A stretch of 64,000 bases of DNA from Clostridia bacterium (GCA_017472285.1 JAFUQQ010000014.1:34372-98371), one strand, 5' to 3'; shown: positions 19,252 through 29,627, counted from the stretch's first letter. Notes: generated from the sequence alone by a model not told the origin. Made by a program: numbers and translations.

Positions 19252-20049
19252 ATGGGTCAGAAAGTTAATCCGCACGGTCTCCGCGTCGGCGTTATCAAAG
19301 ATTGGGACTCGAGATGGTTCGCGAATGACAGCGATTTCGGCGATACCCTCGTTTCCGACTATAAAATCAGAAAATATCTCAAAGAAAAGCTTAAAGTTGC
19401 AGGTGTTCCGAAGATCGAAATCGAACGCAGCAACGCAGGCGTTAAAGTAGTTATCCACTGCGCAAAGCCCGGTGTCGTTATCGGTAAGGGCGGCGCAGAA
19501 ATCGAAAAGCTCCGCGTTTCTCTCGAAAAGATGACAGGTAAGTCCGTAAGCGTTAACGTTGCGGAAGTTAAGTCTCCCGATATGAACGCTCAGCTCGTTG
19601 CTGAATCCATCGCAGAACAGCTCGAAAAGAGAGTTGCATTCCGCCGTGCGATGAAGCAGGCGATCGGCAGAACCATGCGTCTCGGCGCAAAGGGCATCAA
19701 GATCACCCTTTCCGGTCGTCTCGGCGGTGCCGAAATCGCAAGAAGCGAACACTACCATGAAGGTACCATTCCGCTTCAGACCATCAGAGCCGATATCGAA
19801 TACGGCTTCTGGGAAGCAAACACAACCTACGGTAAGATCGGCGTAAAGGTTTGGATCTACAAGGGCGAAGTTCTTTCCGGCAGAGCAGGCGCAGCTCAGA
19901 CTGAAGCTCCCGCAGAAAGACGCGACAGAAGAAACGACAGACGCGGTGATCGCCGTGGCAATAGAAACGCTAACGGTAACGGCAGATCCAATACTGCAAG
20001 ACAACCGAGAGAAGGAGGCAGAAGAAATGTTGTTGCCAAAGAGAGTTAA
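19252..20049 (+). CDS. rpsC: 30S ribosomal protein S3 with an Arg/Asp/Asn-rich C-terminal extension
   Basis: [13 protein letters not shown]... is the canonical uS3 core. About 50 extra C-terminal residues overlap the rplP start by 23 nt. Confidence 0.95.
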   Translation: MGQKVNPHGLRVGVIKDWDSRWFANDSDFGDTLVSDYKIRKYLKEKLKVAGVPKIEIERSNAGVKVVIHCAKPGVVIGKGGAEIEKLRVSLEKMTGKSVSVNVAEVKSPDMNAQLVAESIAEQLEKRVAFRRAMKQAIGRTMRLGAKGIKITLSGRLGGAEIARSEHYHEGTIPLQTIRADIEYGFWEANTTYGKIGVKVWIYKGEVLSGRAGAAQTEAPAERRDRRNDRRGDRRGNRNANGNGRSNTARQPREGGRRNVVAKES

Positions 20050-20449
20050 ATACAGACGCGTACAGCGCGGTCGCCTCAAAGGTAAAGCTACCAGAGGTAA
20101 CACAATCACTTACGGCTCCTACGGTCTTGTAGCAGCTGAACCCGCTTGGATCACAAGCAACCAGATCGAAGCTGCCCGTATCGCTATGACACGTTACATC
20201 AAACGTGGCGGTCAGGTTTGGATCAAAATTTTCCCCGATAAGCCCATCACAGAAAAACCTGCTGAAACTCGAATGGGTTCCGGTAAAGGTTCTCCTGAAT
20301 ACTGGGTGGCAGTCGTTAAACCCGGCAGAGTTATGTTTGAAATGGACGGCGTTGCAGAAGACGTTGCTAAAGAAGCTATGCGTCTCGCATCCCACAAGCT
20401 CCCGATCAAATGTAAATTCATGAAAAAAGAAGAAGCAGAGGAGGTATAA
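20027..20449 (+). CDS. rplP: 50S ribosomal protein L16
   Basis: The canonical start [16 protein letters not shown] is at ATG 20027 inside ORF 19946-20449. Confidence 0.96.
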   Translation: MLLPKRVKYRRVQRGRLKGKATRGNTITYGSYGLVAAEPAWITSNQIEAARIAMTRYIKRGGQVWIKIFPDKPITEKPAETRMGSGKGSPEYWVAVVKPGRVMFEMDGVAEDVAKEAMRLASHKLPIKCKFMKKEEAEEV

Positions 20450-20453
20450 GCCA

Positions 20454-20645
20454 GTGAAAGCTACTGAACTTAACAAGATGACTTCCGCTGAACTCACCTC
20501 TAAGCTCAAAGAGCTGAAAAGTGAACTTTTCAAGCTCCGCTTCCAGAATGAGATCAATCAGCTTGACAATCCCCACAAGATCGCAGACGTCAAGAAGGAC
20601 ATCGCAAGAGTTATGACAGCCCTCAACAAAAAGGCTGCTGAATAA
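20454..20645 (+). CDS. rpmC: 50S ribosomal protein L29
   Basis: GTG start. [14 protein letters not shown] is typical of uL29. Confidence 0.95.
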   Translation: MKATELNKMTSAELTSKLKELKSELFKLRFQNEINQLDNPHKIADVKKDIARVMTALNKKAAE

Positions 20646-20668
20646 GTCATAAGAGAGGAGAATATGTC

Positions 20669-20935
20669 ATGAGCGAAGCAATCGAAAGAAACCTCAGAAA
20701 GACCAGAGTCGGCAAGGTAGTAAGCGATAAGATGGACAAGACTATCGTCGTTGCGATCGAAGACAACGTAAAGCATCCCAAGTACGGCAAGGTCATCAAG
20801 AGAACCATTAAACTCAAAGCACACGACGAAAACAACGAGTGCAGAGAAGGCGATACCGTTAAGATCATGGAAACAAGACCTCTTTCCAAAGATAAGAGAT
20901 GGAGACTTGTTGAAATCATCGAAAAAGCAAAATAA
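20669..20935 (+). CDS. rpsQ: 30S ribosomal protein S17
   Basis: [19 protein letters not shown]...[23 protein letters not shown]. Confidence 0.97.
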   Translation: MSEAIERNLRKTRVGKVVSDKMDKTIVVAIEDNVKHPKYGKVIKRTIKLKAHDENNECREGDTVKIMETRPLSKDKRWRLVEIIEKAK

Positions 20936-21006
20936 TATCATAGTGCAAGGCTAGAGCGCAAGTCGCAGCCTGTGAGATGTGAATATTTATTAAGGAGGAT
21001 AGCACA

Positions 21007-21375
21007 ATGATTCAGCAACAATCATTGATGAAAGTAGCCGACAATACCGGCGCAAAAGAACTCATGTGCATCAGAGTTCTCGGCGGCACCGGTAGAAGAT
21101 ACGCTAACATCGGCGACGTTGTCGTTTGCAGCGTAAAGAAAGCAGCCCCCGGCGGTACTGCTAAAAAAGGCGAAGTCGTTAAAGCTGTTATCGTCCGCTC
21201 CGTAAAGGGCGTAAAGAGAGCTGACGGTTCTTACCTCAAGTTCGACGAAAACGCAGCAGTTATTATTAAAGAAGACAACACACCCAGAGGTACTCGTATC
21301 TTTGGACCTGTAGCAAGAGAACTCAGAGATAAAGATTTTATCAAGATTCTCTCCCTTGCTCCCGAAGTACTTTAA
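21007..21375 (+). CDS. rplN: 50S ribosomal protein L14
   Basis: [27 protein letters not shown]. Confidence 0.98.
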   Translation: MIQQQSLMKVADNTGAKELMCIRVLGGTGRRYANIGDVVVCSVKKAAPGGTAKKGEVVKAVIVRSVKGVKRADGSYLKFDENAAVIIKEDNTPRGTRIFGPVARELRDKDFIKILSLAPEVL

Positions 21376-21390
21376 TGGAGGAATCGCAGA

Positions 21391-21705
21391 ATGAATAAGC
21401 TTCATGTTAAAAGAGATGATACCGTTATCGTAATTTCCGGCGACGATAAGGGCGTTAAGGGTAAAGTAATCGCAGTTTCCCCCGACGAACGTAAAGTTAT
21501 CGTTGAAGGTGCTAACATGCAGACAAAGCATGTGAAACCCAGAAGACAGGGCGAAACCGGCGGTATCGTAAAAGTTGAAGGCGCGATGTATGCAGACAAG
21601 GTTGCAGTTTACTGCAACGAATGCAAGGCTGGTCGCCGTACCAAGACCGTTATTGAAAACGGTAAGAAAGTCCGCGTTTGTGCAAAATGCGGCAAGAAGA
21701 TTTAA
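21391..21705 (+). CDS. rplX: 50S ribosomal protein L24 (Cys4-containing C-terminus)
   Basis: The KOW core is [21 protein letters not shown]. The C-terminus carries C75-x2-C78 and C97-x2-C100. Confidence 0.95.
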   Translation: MNKLHVKRDDTVIVISGDDKGVKGKVIAVSPDERKVIVEGANMQTKHVKPRRQGETGGIVKVEGAMYADKVAVYCNECKAGRRTKTVIENGKKVRVCAKCGKKI

Positions 21706-21722
21706 TGCGGAGGTATAGAGAA

Positions 21723-22262
21723 ATGGCAAGACTTAAAGATTATTACAGATCCGAAGTTGCTCCCGCATTGATGAAGAAATTCGCTTACAAGAGCCCCATG
21801 CAGATCCCGCGCTTCGACAAGATCGTTATCAACGTTGGCGCAGGCGATGCAAAAGACAATGCGAAAGTAATTGATAAAATCATCGAAGAACTCACAGCAA
21901 TCACCGGTCAGAAGGCTGTACCGACTTTTGCAAGAAAGTCCGTTGCAAACTTCAAGCTCCGTCAGGGCATGAAGATCGGTGCAAAAGTTACGCTCCGCGG
22001 CGACAGAATGTTCGAGTTTATGGATAGACTCTTCAACATCGCTCTCCCCCGTGTACGTGACTTTAAGGGTATCAACCCCAACGCGTTCGACGGTCGCGGT
22101 AACTACTCCCTCGGTCTTAAAGAACAGCTCATTTTCCCTGAAATCGAATACGATAAGGTTGAAAAGTTCAGAGGTATGGACATCGCGTTCGTAACGACCG
22201 CAACCACAGACGAAGAAGCAAAAGAGTTGCTCACACTGATGGGCGCACCCTTTGCTAAATAA
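21723..22262 (+). CDS. rplE: 50S ribosomal protein L5
   Basis: The canonical start MARLKDYY is at ATG 21723 within ORF 21678-22262. Confidence 0.96.
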   Translation: MARLKDYYRSEVAPALMKKFAYKSPMQIPRFDKIVINVGAGDAKDNAKVIDKIIEELTAITGQKAVPTFARKSVANFKLRQGMKIGAKVTLRGDRMFEFMDRLFNIALPRVRDFKGINPNAFDGRGNYSLGLKEQLIFPEIEYDKVEKFRGMDIAFVTTATTDEEAKELLTLMGAPFAK

Positions 22263-22279
22263 CTTAGGAGGTAAGAACA

Positions 22280-22465
22280 ATGGCAAAGACTTCTATGAAA
22301 GTTAAGCAGCAGAGAGATCAGAAGTTCTCCACAAGAGAATACAACCGCTGCAAGATTTGCGGCAGACCCCACGGTTATCTCCGCAAATTCGGCATTTGCC
22401 GTATCTGCTTCCGCGAGCTTGCTTATAAGGGTCAGATTCCCGGCGTTAAGAAAGCTAGCTGGTAA
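22280..22465 (+). CDS. rpsZ: 30S ribosomal protein S14 type Z (zinc form)
   Basis: 61 aa with CKICGRPHG...CRICF. Confidence 0.96.
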   Translation: MAKTSMKVKQQRDQKFSTREYNRCKICGRPHGYLRKFGICRICFRELAYKGQIPGVKKASW

Positions 22466-22656
22466 TTCAGTTTGATAGAGTTTCAAAGAAACTCTCATCA
22501 TAAAACGCTCCAATCTTGTCGAAAGGAAAGCCAAGCGCGAAAGCGCGCGGCTTTAACCATCGGCTCGCCGCCGGTAGAATCCGGCAGCAAGGATTTCGGC
22601 GACGGGAGAGCTTCTCCCACAAACCAATACAACTTGCATAAAGGAGGAAAACTACA

Positions 22657-23055
22657 ATGCAAATTTCAGACGTTATTGCAGATATGCTGACTCGTATCAG
22701 AAACGCAAACAGCGCAAAACACGAATCCGTAGACGTTCCCGCTTCCAACATGAAGAAGGCGATCGCAGACATTCTCAAAGAAGAAGGCTACATCGCAGGC
22801 TATCAGATCGTTGAAGACGGCAAGCAGGGTATCATCCGCATCACCCTCAAGTACGGTCGCGGCAAACAGAGAGTTATTCAGGGTCTCCGCAGAGTTTCCA
22901 AACCCGGTCTTCGCATTTATTCCAACTGCGAAGATATGCCCAAGGTTATGAACGGTCTCGGTATCGCGATCGTATCCACCTCCAAGGGTGTTATGACCGA
23001 TAAGAAAGCTCGCGAACTCAACGTAGGCGGCGAAGTTCTCGCCTTCGTATGGTAA
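22657..23055 (+). CDS. rpsH: 30S ribosomal protein S8
   Basis: [13 protein letters not shown]... is the canonical uS8 sequence, behind RBS AAGGAGG. Confidence 0.97.
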   Translation: MQISDVIADMLTRIRNANSAKHESVDVPASNMKKAIADILKEEGYIAGYQIVEDGKQGIIRITLKYGRGKQRVIQGLRRVSKPGLRIYSNCEDMPKVMNGLGIAIVSTSKGVMTDKKARELNVGGEVLAFVW

Positions 23056-23071
23056 TAGGAGGTAAACGGAC

Positions 23072-23611
23072 ATGTCTAGAATCGGTAGAAAAGTCATTGA
23101 AATTCCCGCAGGCGTTACCGTTACCGTAAACGACGAAAACGTTGTTACCGTTAAAGGTCCCAAAGGAACTCTCGAAACAAAAATCCACGCAAATATCAGC
23201 GTTGCAGTTGAAGGCACAACGGTTTCCGTTGCTCGTGCTGACGACGAACGCGAAAACAGATCGCTCCACGGTCTTTCCAGAACTCTCGTTTTCAATATGA
23301 TCGAGGGTGTTACCAAGGGTTATTCCAAGACTCTTGAAATGATCGGTGTAGGTTACAAGGCTCAGAAGTCCGGTAAGACTCTTACTCTCAACCTCGGTCA
23401 CTCTCACCCGATCCTTTTCGAAGAAAAAGACGGCATCACATTTGACGTACCCAACTCTACAACAATCGTTGTAAACGGTATCGACAAGCAGATGGTTGGT
23501 CAGATCGCAGCTCAGATCCGCGAAAAGAGACCTCCGGAACCGTACCTTGGTAAAGGTGTTAAATACGCAGGCGAACACATTCGCCGCAAAGCCGGAAAAA
23601 CCGGTAAATAA
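23072..23611 (+). CDS. rplF: 50S ribosomal protein L6
   Basis: MSRIGRKVIEIPAGVTV...PEPYLGKGVKY. Confidence 0.97.
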   Translation: MSRIGRKVIEIPAGVTVTVNDENVVTVKGPKGTLETKIHANISVAVEGTTVSVARADDERENRSLHGLSRTLVFNMIEGVTKGYSKTLEMIGVGYKAQKSGKTLTLNLGHSHPILFEEKDGITFDVPNSTTIVVNGIDKQMVGQIAAQIREKRPPEPYLGKGVKYAGEHIRRKAGKTGK

Positions 23612-23629
23612 TGAAAGGAGTGGAGTAAA

Positions 23630-23989
23630 ATGGTATCCAGAAAAGACAGCAACAAAGCGCGTCTCGTTCGCCACAAGAGAGTTCGTTCCAAGATCTCCGG
23701 TACTCCCGCAAGACCTCGTCTTTGCGTTTACCGCTCTCTTGCAAACATCAATGCACAGATCATTGATGACGTTAACGGCGTAACACTCGTATCCGCTTCC
23801 ACCCTCGAAAAAGCTTTTGAAGGCAACGGCGGAAACAAAGAAGCAGCAAAAGAAATCGGCAAGACCATTGCCGCAAGAGCTCTTGAAAAAGGTATCACCG
23901 AAGTCGTATTCGACCGCGGCGGTTACGTTTACCAGGGCAGAGTAAAAGAACTTGCAGACGGCGCCCGCGAAGGCGGACTTAAGTTCTAA
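23630..23989 (+). CDS. rplR: 50S ribosomal protein L18
   Basis: [21 protein letters not shown]...[24 protein letters not shown]. Confidence 0.97.
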   Translation: MVSRKDSNKARLVRHKRVRSKISGTPARPRLCVYRSLANINAQIIDDVNGVTLVSASTLEKAFEGNGGNKEAAKEIGKTIAARALEKGITEVVFDRGGYVYQGRVKELADGAREGGLKF

Positions 23990-24003
23990 GGAGGAGGAAA
24001 CAA

Positions 24004-24504
24004 ATGGCTAGAAGAATCAATCCGGAAACTCTCGAACTCAAAGAGGTTACCGTTGCTACAAACCGTGTTTCCAAAACCGTAAAGGGCGGTCGTATCGCGC
24101 GTCAGACTGCAATCATGGTTGTCGGTGACGAAAACGGCCATGTAGGCTACGGTCTTGGAAAAGCATCCGAATATCCCGAAGCAATCCGCAAAGGTATCGA
24201 AGATGCAAAGAAAAATATTATCGAAGTATCCCTCAAGGGTACCACCATCCCGCACGCAGTTATCGGCGAGTTTGGTGCAGCAAAAGTTCTCTTGAAACCC
24301 GCAGCTCCCGGTACTGGTGTCATCGCCGGCGGTACAGTTCGTGCCGTTGTTCAGATGGCAGGTATCAAGGACATTCGTGCAAAATGCCTCCGTTCGAGCA
24401 ACCCCTCTAACGTCGTTAAGGCAACATTCGAAGGTCTGAAGGCTCTTCGCACAGCTGAAGAAGTTGCAGCGATCCGCGGTATCAGCAAAGAATCTTTGAA
24501 ATAA
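24004..24504 (+). CDS. rpsE: 30S ribosomal protein S5
   Basis: [11 protein letters not shown]...[12 protein letters not shown]. Confidence 0.97.
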   Translation: MARRINPETLELKEVTVATNRVSKTVKGGRIARQTAIMVVGDENGHVGYGLGKASEYPEAIRKGIEDAKKNIIEVSLKGTTIPHAVIGEFGAAKVLLKPAAPGTGVIAGGTVRAVVQMAGIKDIRAKCLRSSNPSNVVKATFEGLKALRTAEEVAAIRGISKESLK

Positions 24505-24518
24505 GGAGGCTTACGGAG

Positions 24519-24698
24519 ATGGAACAGATCAAAATCACACTCACAGGCAGCCTTATCGGTTCGACCCCCAAACAAAAAGCGGTTGCAAAATCGCTCGGCA
24601 TCAATAGAATCGGCGATGTAACCGTTCAGAAAAATGACGCTTCCGTTTTGGGTAAAGTAAAAATCATCGCTCACCTTGTTAAGGTGGAAAATGTATAA
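24519..24698 (+). CDS. rpmD: 50S ribosomal protein L30 (59 aa, absent from the ORF track)
   Basis: Hand-translated: MEQIKITLTGSLIGSTPKQKAVAKSLGINRIGDVTVQKNDASVLGKVKIIAHLVKVENV. RBS AAGGAGG is upstream, and the gene sits at the expected position between rpsE and rplO. Confidence 0.9.
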   Translation: MEQIKITLTGSLIGSTPKQKAVAKSLGINRIGDVTVQKNDASVLGKVKIIAHLVKVENV

Positions 24699-24765
24699 TC
24701 TCGTTATACATTGAAAATTATCTTAATTTTAATTTAAAATTCACAGTATAAGGAGGATAACCAAA

Positions 24766-25206
24766 ATGAAGCTCCATGAACTTTCTCCCGCTGAAGGCTC
24801 CGCAAAGGCAGCTTGGCGTAAGGGTAGAGGCGCAGGTTCCGGTAACGGTAAAACTGCCGGTAAAGGTCACAAAGGTCAGAACGCTCGCTCCGGCGGCGGT
24901 GTAAGACCCGGTTTTGAAGGCGGTCAGATTCCGCTTTACAGAAGACTTCCCAAGAGAGGCTTCAATAACGTATTTGCGAAAGAATACGCAATCGTTAATG
25001 TTAGTGATCTCAACGCTTTTGAAGACGGCGCAGTTATCAATGCAGAAGCCCTTCTCGAAAAGCGTATCATTAGAAAAGCACTTGACGGCGTAAAGGTTCT
25101 CGGCCGCGGCGAACTTACAAAGAAGGTTACAGTCGAAGCTGCTATCTTCTCTGCCGGCGCTAAGGAAAAAATCGAATCCGTAGGCGGAAAGTGCGAGGTG
25201 GTATAA
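24766..25206 (+). CDS. rplO: 50S ribosomal protein L15
   Basis: [12 protein letters not shown]...[19 protein letters not shown]. Confidence 0.97.
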   Translation: MKLHELSPAEGSAKAAWRKGRGAGSGNGKTAGKGHKGQNARSGGGVRPGFEGGQIPLYRRLPKRGFNNVFAKEYAIVNVSDLNAFEDGAVINAEALLEKRIIRKALDGVKVLGRGELTKKVTVEAAIFSAGAKEKIESVGGKCEVV

Positions 25207-26568
25207 GTGTTTAAAACATTGAGAAACGCATGGGCGATTCCCGAACTTCGTCGTAAGCTCCTGTTCACGCTTTTCATCGTTTTCTTATACCGCGTAGGCG
25301 CAGCGCTCCCCATTCCTTTTATCGAATATGACTTGCTCCAGCAGCAAGCAAATCTGTTCAGCACGGGTATCTTTTCTTACCTGAATATCCTTTCGGGTTA
25401 TGCATTCTCGTCTGCAACGTTACTCGCTCTGTCTGTAACACCGTATATCAACGCCTCGATCATCATGCAGCTGCTCACAGTTGCGATCCCCGCGCTTGAA
25501 AAGCTTTCCAAAAACGGTGAAGACGGCAGAAAGAAAATCGAAAAAATCACCCGCTACGTAACCGTTGCGATCGCAATTATCTCCGCTTATGGTTACTACG
25601 CAGTTCTCGGCTCTTCGGCAATGACCGGCTATGACGGCGGTTTCATTACTTATACCGAAGGCTTCGCTAAATGGTTCTCTATGTTCGTTATCATCGCGTG
25701 CTACACAGCCGGCGCTTGCCTCGTTATGTGGCTCGGCGAAAGAATCGACGAACAGGGCATCGGTAACGGCATCTCTATGATCCTGTTTGCAAACATCGTA
25801 TCCGGTTTGCCGTCCATGTTCGTTCAGTTCCATGGCAATCTCAACACGACCACTCACGGTTCTTTCATCTTCAACGGCGAAATCATTCCTGTATGGCTTC
25901 AGATCATCCTTTGGGTTGCAGTTATCGCCATCATCGTTGGCTCTCTTATCTTCGTAACCTATATGTCTGACGCTGAAAGAAGAATCCCCGTACAGTACGC
26001 AAAACGTACAGTTGGCAGAAAGCAGTACGGCGGTCAGAGCTCCAATCTTCCGATTAAGCTCAATATGTCCGGTGTTATGCCGATCATCTTCGCAAGCACG
26101 ATCCTCTCTCTTCCCGCGACCATTATGCAGTTCGCAGGAACCAATCAGGACAGTGTGATCTACAAGATTCTTTCCCCGACAAGCAGTCCTTGGAGCTTGA
26201 TCTACGTAGTTCTCCTCTTCGTTCTGATTATCGCGTTTGCTTACTTCTATATCTCGATCTCCTTCAATCCTGTTGAAGTATCGAACAACCTTATGAGCAA
26301 CGGCGGTTCTATCCCCGGCATCCGTCCCGGCAGACCCACCACAGTCTACATCAAGAAGGTCCTCAACAAGGTCATTCTGATGGGCGCGCTCTTCCTCTCT
26401 GTTATCGCTTGTTTCCCGTTCCTCCTCAACATGGCAACAGGTGGTCTTCTTAACGTCATTGCGTTCAGTGGTTCCACACTCCTCATCGTTGTCGGTGTAA
26501 TTCTCGAAACAGTACGCGAAATGGAAGCACAGATGACCATGCGTCACTACAAGGGCTTCCTCGATTAA
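25207..26568 (+). CDS. secY: preprotein translocase subunit SecY
   Basis: GTG start immediately after the rplO stop. Ten predicted hydrophobic segments, an ERIDEQGIGNGISMI block and operon position support the call. Confidence 0.96.
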   Translation: MFKTLRNAWAIPELRRKLLFTLFIVFLYRVGAALPIPFIEYDLLQQQANLFSTGIFSYLNILSGYAFSSATLLALSVTPYINASIIMQLLTVAIPALEKLSKNGEDGRKKIEKITRYVTVAIAIISAYGYYAVLGSSAMTGYDGGFITYTEGFAKWFSMFVIIACYTAGACLVMWLGERIDEQGIGNGISMILFANIVSGLPSMFVQFHGNLNTTTHGSFIFNGEIIPVWLQIILWVAVIAIIVGSLIFVTYMSDAERRIPVQYAKRTVGRKQYGGQSSNLPIKLNMSGVMPIIFASTILSLPATIMQFAGTNQDSVIYKILSPTSSPWSLIYVVLLFVLIIAFAYFYISISFNPVEVSNNLMSNGGSIPGIRPGRPTTVYIKKVLNKVILMGALFLSVIACFPFLLNMATGGLLNVIAFSGSTLLIVVGVILETVREMEAQMTMRHYKGFLD

Positions 26569-26648
26569 TCCTTAATCAAAATTCACTCTGCGTATCCGTG
26601 TCATGCGGATACGCAATCTAAAAAATCATAACGAAAGGAAATCCCGTA

Positions 26649-27290
26649 ATGAAGCTTATGTTTCTTGGCGCTCCCGGCGCCGGTAAAGGCACACAGGCTG
26701 AGGTCGTTTCCGAACGCTATAACATCCCTGCGATTTCCACAGGTGCGCTTCTCCGCGAAGCAATGGCAAACGGTACCGAACTCGGTATGAAAGCAAAAAG
26801 CTATATTGATGGCGGCGCTCTTGTTCCCGACGATGTCGTAATCGGCATTATCAAGGAAAGACTTGTCGCTGACGATTGCAAAAACGGTTTTATCCTCGAT
26901 GGTTTTCCGAGAACCGTTGCTCAGGCAAAGGCTCTCGACGAAATGGACATCAAGATGGACGGCGTTGTAAGCATCGAAGTTGAAGATGACGCGATCATCC
27001 GCAGACTCGGCGGCCGCAGACTTTGCGGTAAATGCGGTTCCTCTTATCATGTTGATTACAAACCTACTGCTGTTGCAGGTGTTTGTGATAAATGCGGCGG
27101 TGAACTCATCACCCGCGCAGACGATAAGCCCGAAGTTATCAAGAGCCGACTCGATGTTTACCACGAGCAGACAGAGCCGCTCAAAGATTTCTACGCTGCA
27201 AAGGGCGTTTTGAAGCCCGTTATCGGTCAGGAAAAGATCGAAGATACAACAGCGCTTACCATCGCAGCGATCGAAAGCATCAGAGGCTAA
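26649..27290 (+). CDS. adk: adenylate kinase (zinc-lid form)
   Basis: P-loop GAPGAGKGTQ. The lid reads CGKCGSSYH...CDKCGGEL. Confidence 0.97.
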   Translation: MKLMFLGAPGAGKGTQAEVVSERYNIPAISTGALLREAMANGTELGMKAKSYIDGGALVPDDVVIGIIKERLVADDCKNGFILDGFPRTVAQAKALDEMDIKMDGVVSIEVEDDAIIRRLGGRRLCGKCGSSYHVDYKPTAVAGVCDKCGGELITRADDKPEVIKSRLDVYHEQTEPLKDFYAAKGVLKPVIGQEKIEDTTALTIAAIESIRG

Positions 27291-27296
27291 TCTATT

Positions 27297-28049
27297 ATGG
27301 TTCAAATCAAAAACAGCGAACAGTTGGCTAAAATGCGTAAGGCGGGAAGGATCACCGGTGAGGCGATCCTTGTGGCGCGCGAGCATATAAAAGTGGGTGT
27401 CAGTACGAAAGAAATCGATACGGCAATCCGCAATTATATCGAAAAATGCGGCGCGAAACCCTCGTTCCTCGGATACGGCGGTTTTCCCGGAAGTGCCTGC
27501 ATCAGTATCAACAATGAAGTGATACACGGCATTCCGAGCGCGAAAAGATTTCTCGAAGAAGGCGATATCGTGAAAATCGATGTCGGTGCTTATATCGGCG
27601 GTTTTCACGGCGACAGTGCCAATACCTTTGGTGTTGGCAAAATCAGTGAAGAAGCCGAAAAACTGATTGCAGTCACACGCGAAAGCTTCTTTCGCGGCGT
27701 GAAGATGGCAACAGGCGGCAAAAGAATTGGAGATATTGGTTCAGCGATCTGCGGATACGCGGAAGACCTCGGTTACGGGGTGGTACGCAAGTTCGTTGGT
27801 CATGGCATCGGACGCGAGTTGCACGAAGACCCTGAAGTTCCGAATTTCGGAACGGCGGGCAGAGGCGCGAGACTCTATCCGGGTATGACCATTGCGATCG
27901 AGCCGATGATCAACGCAGGAACCCGCGATGTCAAAATCCTTGACGACGGTTGGACGGTGATCACGGCGGACGGTTCGCTCGCTGCTCATTATGAGCATAC
28001 CGTTGCGATTACGGACGGGGAACCGATCCTTCTCACTTACGTGGAGTGA
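27297..28049 (+). CDS. map: type I methionine aminopeptidase
   Basis: GYGGFPGSACISINNEVIHGIP, FHGD, VGHGIG and EPM metal-ligand blocks. Confidence 0.96.
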   Translation: MVQIKNSEQLAKMRKAGRITGEAILVAREHIKVGVSTKEIDTAIRNYIEKCGAKPSFLGYGGFPGSACISINNEVIHGIPSAKRFLEEGDIVKIDVGAYIGGFHGDSANTFGVGKISEEAEKLIAVTRESFFRGVKMATGGKRIGDIGSAICGYAEDLGYGVVRKFVGHGIGRELHEDPEVPNFGTAGRGARLYPGMTIAIEPMINAGTRDVKILDDGWTVITADGSLAAHYEHTVAITDGEPILLTYVE

Positions 28050-28057
28050 TCCTATCC

Positions 28058-28390
28058 ATGAAAAAGAAACGACTGAAAAAGGACGCAAAAGACGAAATGC
28101 TTGCCGTTCCCGATCGAACGGATGCAAGAGTCGGCAGCGTATGCGTTTCCATGGCGGGACACGACGCGGGACTTCTTCTCACTGTCGTTGCGGGAATCGA
28201 CCGCGATCACGTTTTCACAGCCGACGGAAAAACGAGAAAGCTTAACGCACCGAAGAAGAAAAAGATGCGGCATTTAAGCATGATAACAAAGCTTTCCGAG
28301 GAGGAAACAGAGGCGATCCGCAAGGGTACGGCAAACGACAGCTTCCTGCGAAAAGCACTGTCCTCGCTTGATCTCGAAGGCTTCACCTAA
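28058..28390 (+). CDS. KOW-domain RNA-binding protein (start uncertain: 28046 GTG, 28058 ATG or 28097 ATG)
   Basis: VGSVCVSMAGHDAGLLLTVV...TADGKTRKLNAPKKKKMRHL resembles the small KOW protein found between map and infA in Clostridia. Confidence 0.7.
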   Translation: MKKKRLKKDAKDEMLAVPDRTDARVGSVCVSMAGHDAGLLLTVVAGIDRDHVFTADGKTRKLNAPKKKKMRHLSMITKLSEEETEAIRKGTANDSFLRKALSSLDLEGFT

Positions 28391-28417
28391 TTAAAACTTC
28401 CAATTCAGGAGGGGCGT

Positions 28418-28642
28418 ATGCCAAAGGACGATGTTATGGAATTTGAAGGGACGGTTGTTGAGGCAATGCCCGGCGCGACCTTCAAAGTGAAGTTGCCCAA
28501 CGGACACATTGTTTTGTCCCAGATTTCTGGCAAACTTCGTATGAATTCGATTCAGATTGTTCCGGGTGATAAAGTTACCGTTGAAGTTTCCATCTACGAC
28601 CTCAATAAAGGTCGTATCACATGGAGACTCCGCGAGAGCTGA
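28418..28642 (+). CDS. infA: translation initiation factor IF-1
   Basis: [24 protein letters not shown]...GKLRMN.I.I.PGDKV.VE.S.YDL..GRI..R. Confidence 0.97.
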   Translation: MPKDDVMEFEGTVVEAMPGATFKVKLPNGHIVLSQISGKLRMNSIQIVPGDKVTVEVSIYDLNKGRITWRLRES

Positions 28643-28690
28643 TCCACCACGGTTTTATACTAAAATAATGAAAGGAACGGTGTAATACAC

Positions 28691-28804
28691 ATGAAAGTTA
28701 AACCTTCCGTTAAAAAGATTTGCAACAAGTGCAAAATTATCAAGAGAAAAGGCCACGTAATGGTAATCTGCGAAAACCCCAAGCACAAACAGAGACAGGG
28801 TTAA
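28691..28804 (+). CDS. rpmJ: 50S ribosomal protein L36 (37 aa, absent from the ORF track)
   Basis: Hand-translated: [37 protein letters not shown]. Confidence 0.93.
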   Translation: MKVKPSVKKICNKCKIIKRKGHVMVICENPKHKQRQG

Positions 28805-28838
28805 CGCGTAATTAGGAAAAGGGAGGTGTATTTCCAGA

Positions 28839-29207
28839 ATGGCACGTATAGCTGGTGTTGAAATTCCGAATCAGAAGAGAGTTGAAATCGGTCTTACCTA
28901 TATCTACGGTATCGGCAGAACAACCTCTAACAAAATCCTTGAAAAGACAGGTATCAATCCCGATACACGCTGCAAGGATCTCACAGAAGACGACGTTTCC
29001 AAGCTTCGTGACGAAATCGAAAACTTCCACAAAGTAGAGGGTGACCTCCGCCGTGATGTCGCTATTGACATCAAGAGAATGGTTGAAATCGGTTGCTACC
29101 GCGGTATCAGACACAGAAAAGGTCTGCCGGTTCGCGGTCAGAGAACGAAGACAAATGCAAGAACCAGAAAAGGTCCTGCAAAGACAATCGCTAACAAGAA
29201 GAAATAA
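28839..29207 (+). CDS. rpsM: 30S ribosomal protein S13
   Basis: [26 protein letters not shown]. Confidence 0.98.
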   Translation: MARIAGVEIPNQKRVEIGLTYIYGIGRTTSNKILEKTGINPDTRCKDLTEDDVSKLRDEIENFHKVEGDLRRDVAIDIKRMVEIGCYRGIRHRKGLPVRGQRTKTNARTRKGPAKTIANKKK

Positions 29208-29228
29208 TTAAAGGAGTGATAGCAAATC

Positions 29229-29627
29229 ATGGCTAAGGCAACAACTAAAAAAGTAGTCAGAAAGCGCCGCGAACGTAAAATCGTTGAAAAAGGCGCAGCA
29301 CATATCCGTGCGACTTACAATAACACGATCGTGACTATCACTGATGTAAACGGCAACGCTGTATCCTGGGCTTCCGCCGGCGAACTCGGTTTCAAGGGTT
29401 CCAGAAAGTCCACAGCATTCGCAGCACAGATGGCTGCTGAAACCGCTGCAAAGATCGCTGTTGACAACGGCATGAAGACCGTTGAAGTTTACGTAAAGGG
29501 TCCCGGTCAGGGCAGAGAATCCGCAATCCGCGCACTTCAGACACAGGGTCTTGAAATCACGGTTATCCGCGACGTAACTCCCGTTCCTCATAACGGATGC
29601 AGACCGCCCAAAATCAGACGCGTATAA
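29229..29627 (+). CDS. rpsK: 30S ribosomal protein S11
   Basis: [18 protein letters not shown]...[13 protein letters not shown]. Confidence 0.98.
   Translation: MAKATTKKVVRKRRERKIVEKGAAHIRATYNNTIVTITDVNGNAVSWASAGELGFKGSRKSTAFAAQMAAETAAKIAVDNGMKTVEVYVKGPGQGRESAIRALQTQGLEITVIRDVTPVPHNGCRPPKIRRV

Noticed and set aside
22472-22690. A 72-aa ORF in the rpsZ-rpsH spacer.
   Set aside because: It has no RBS, runs out of frame into rpsH, and coincides with four stable hairpins. It is treated as non-coding RNA structure.
26590-26614. The hairpin GCGTATCCG-TGTCATG-CGGATACGC between secY and adk.
   Set aside because: It is a short stem with no U-run, in a spacer of ordinary length (80 nt). It is probably an mRNA-stability element and not distinctive enough to report as a finding.
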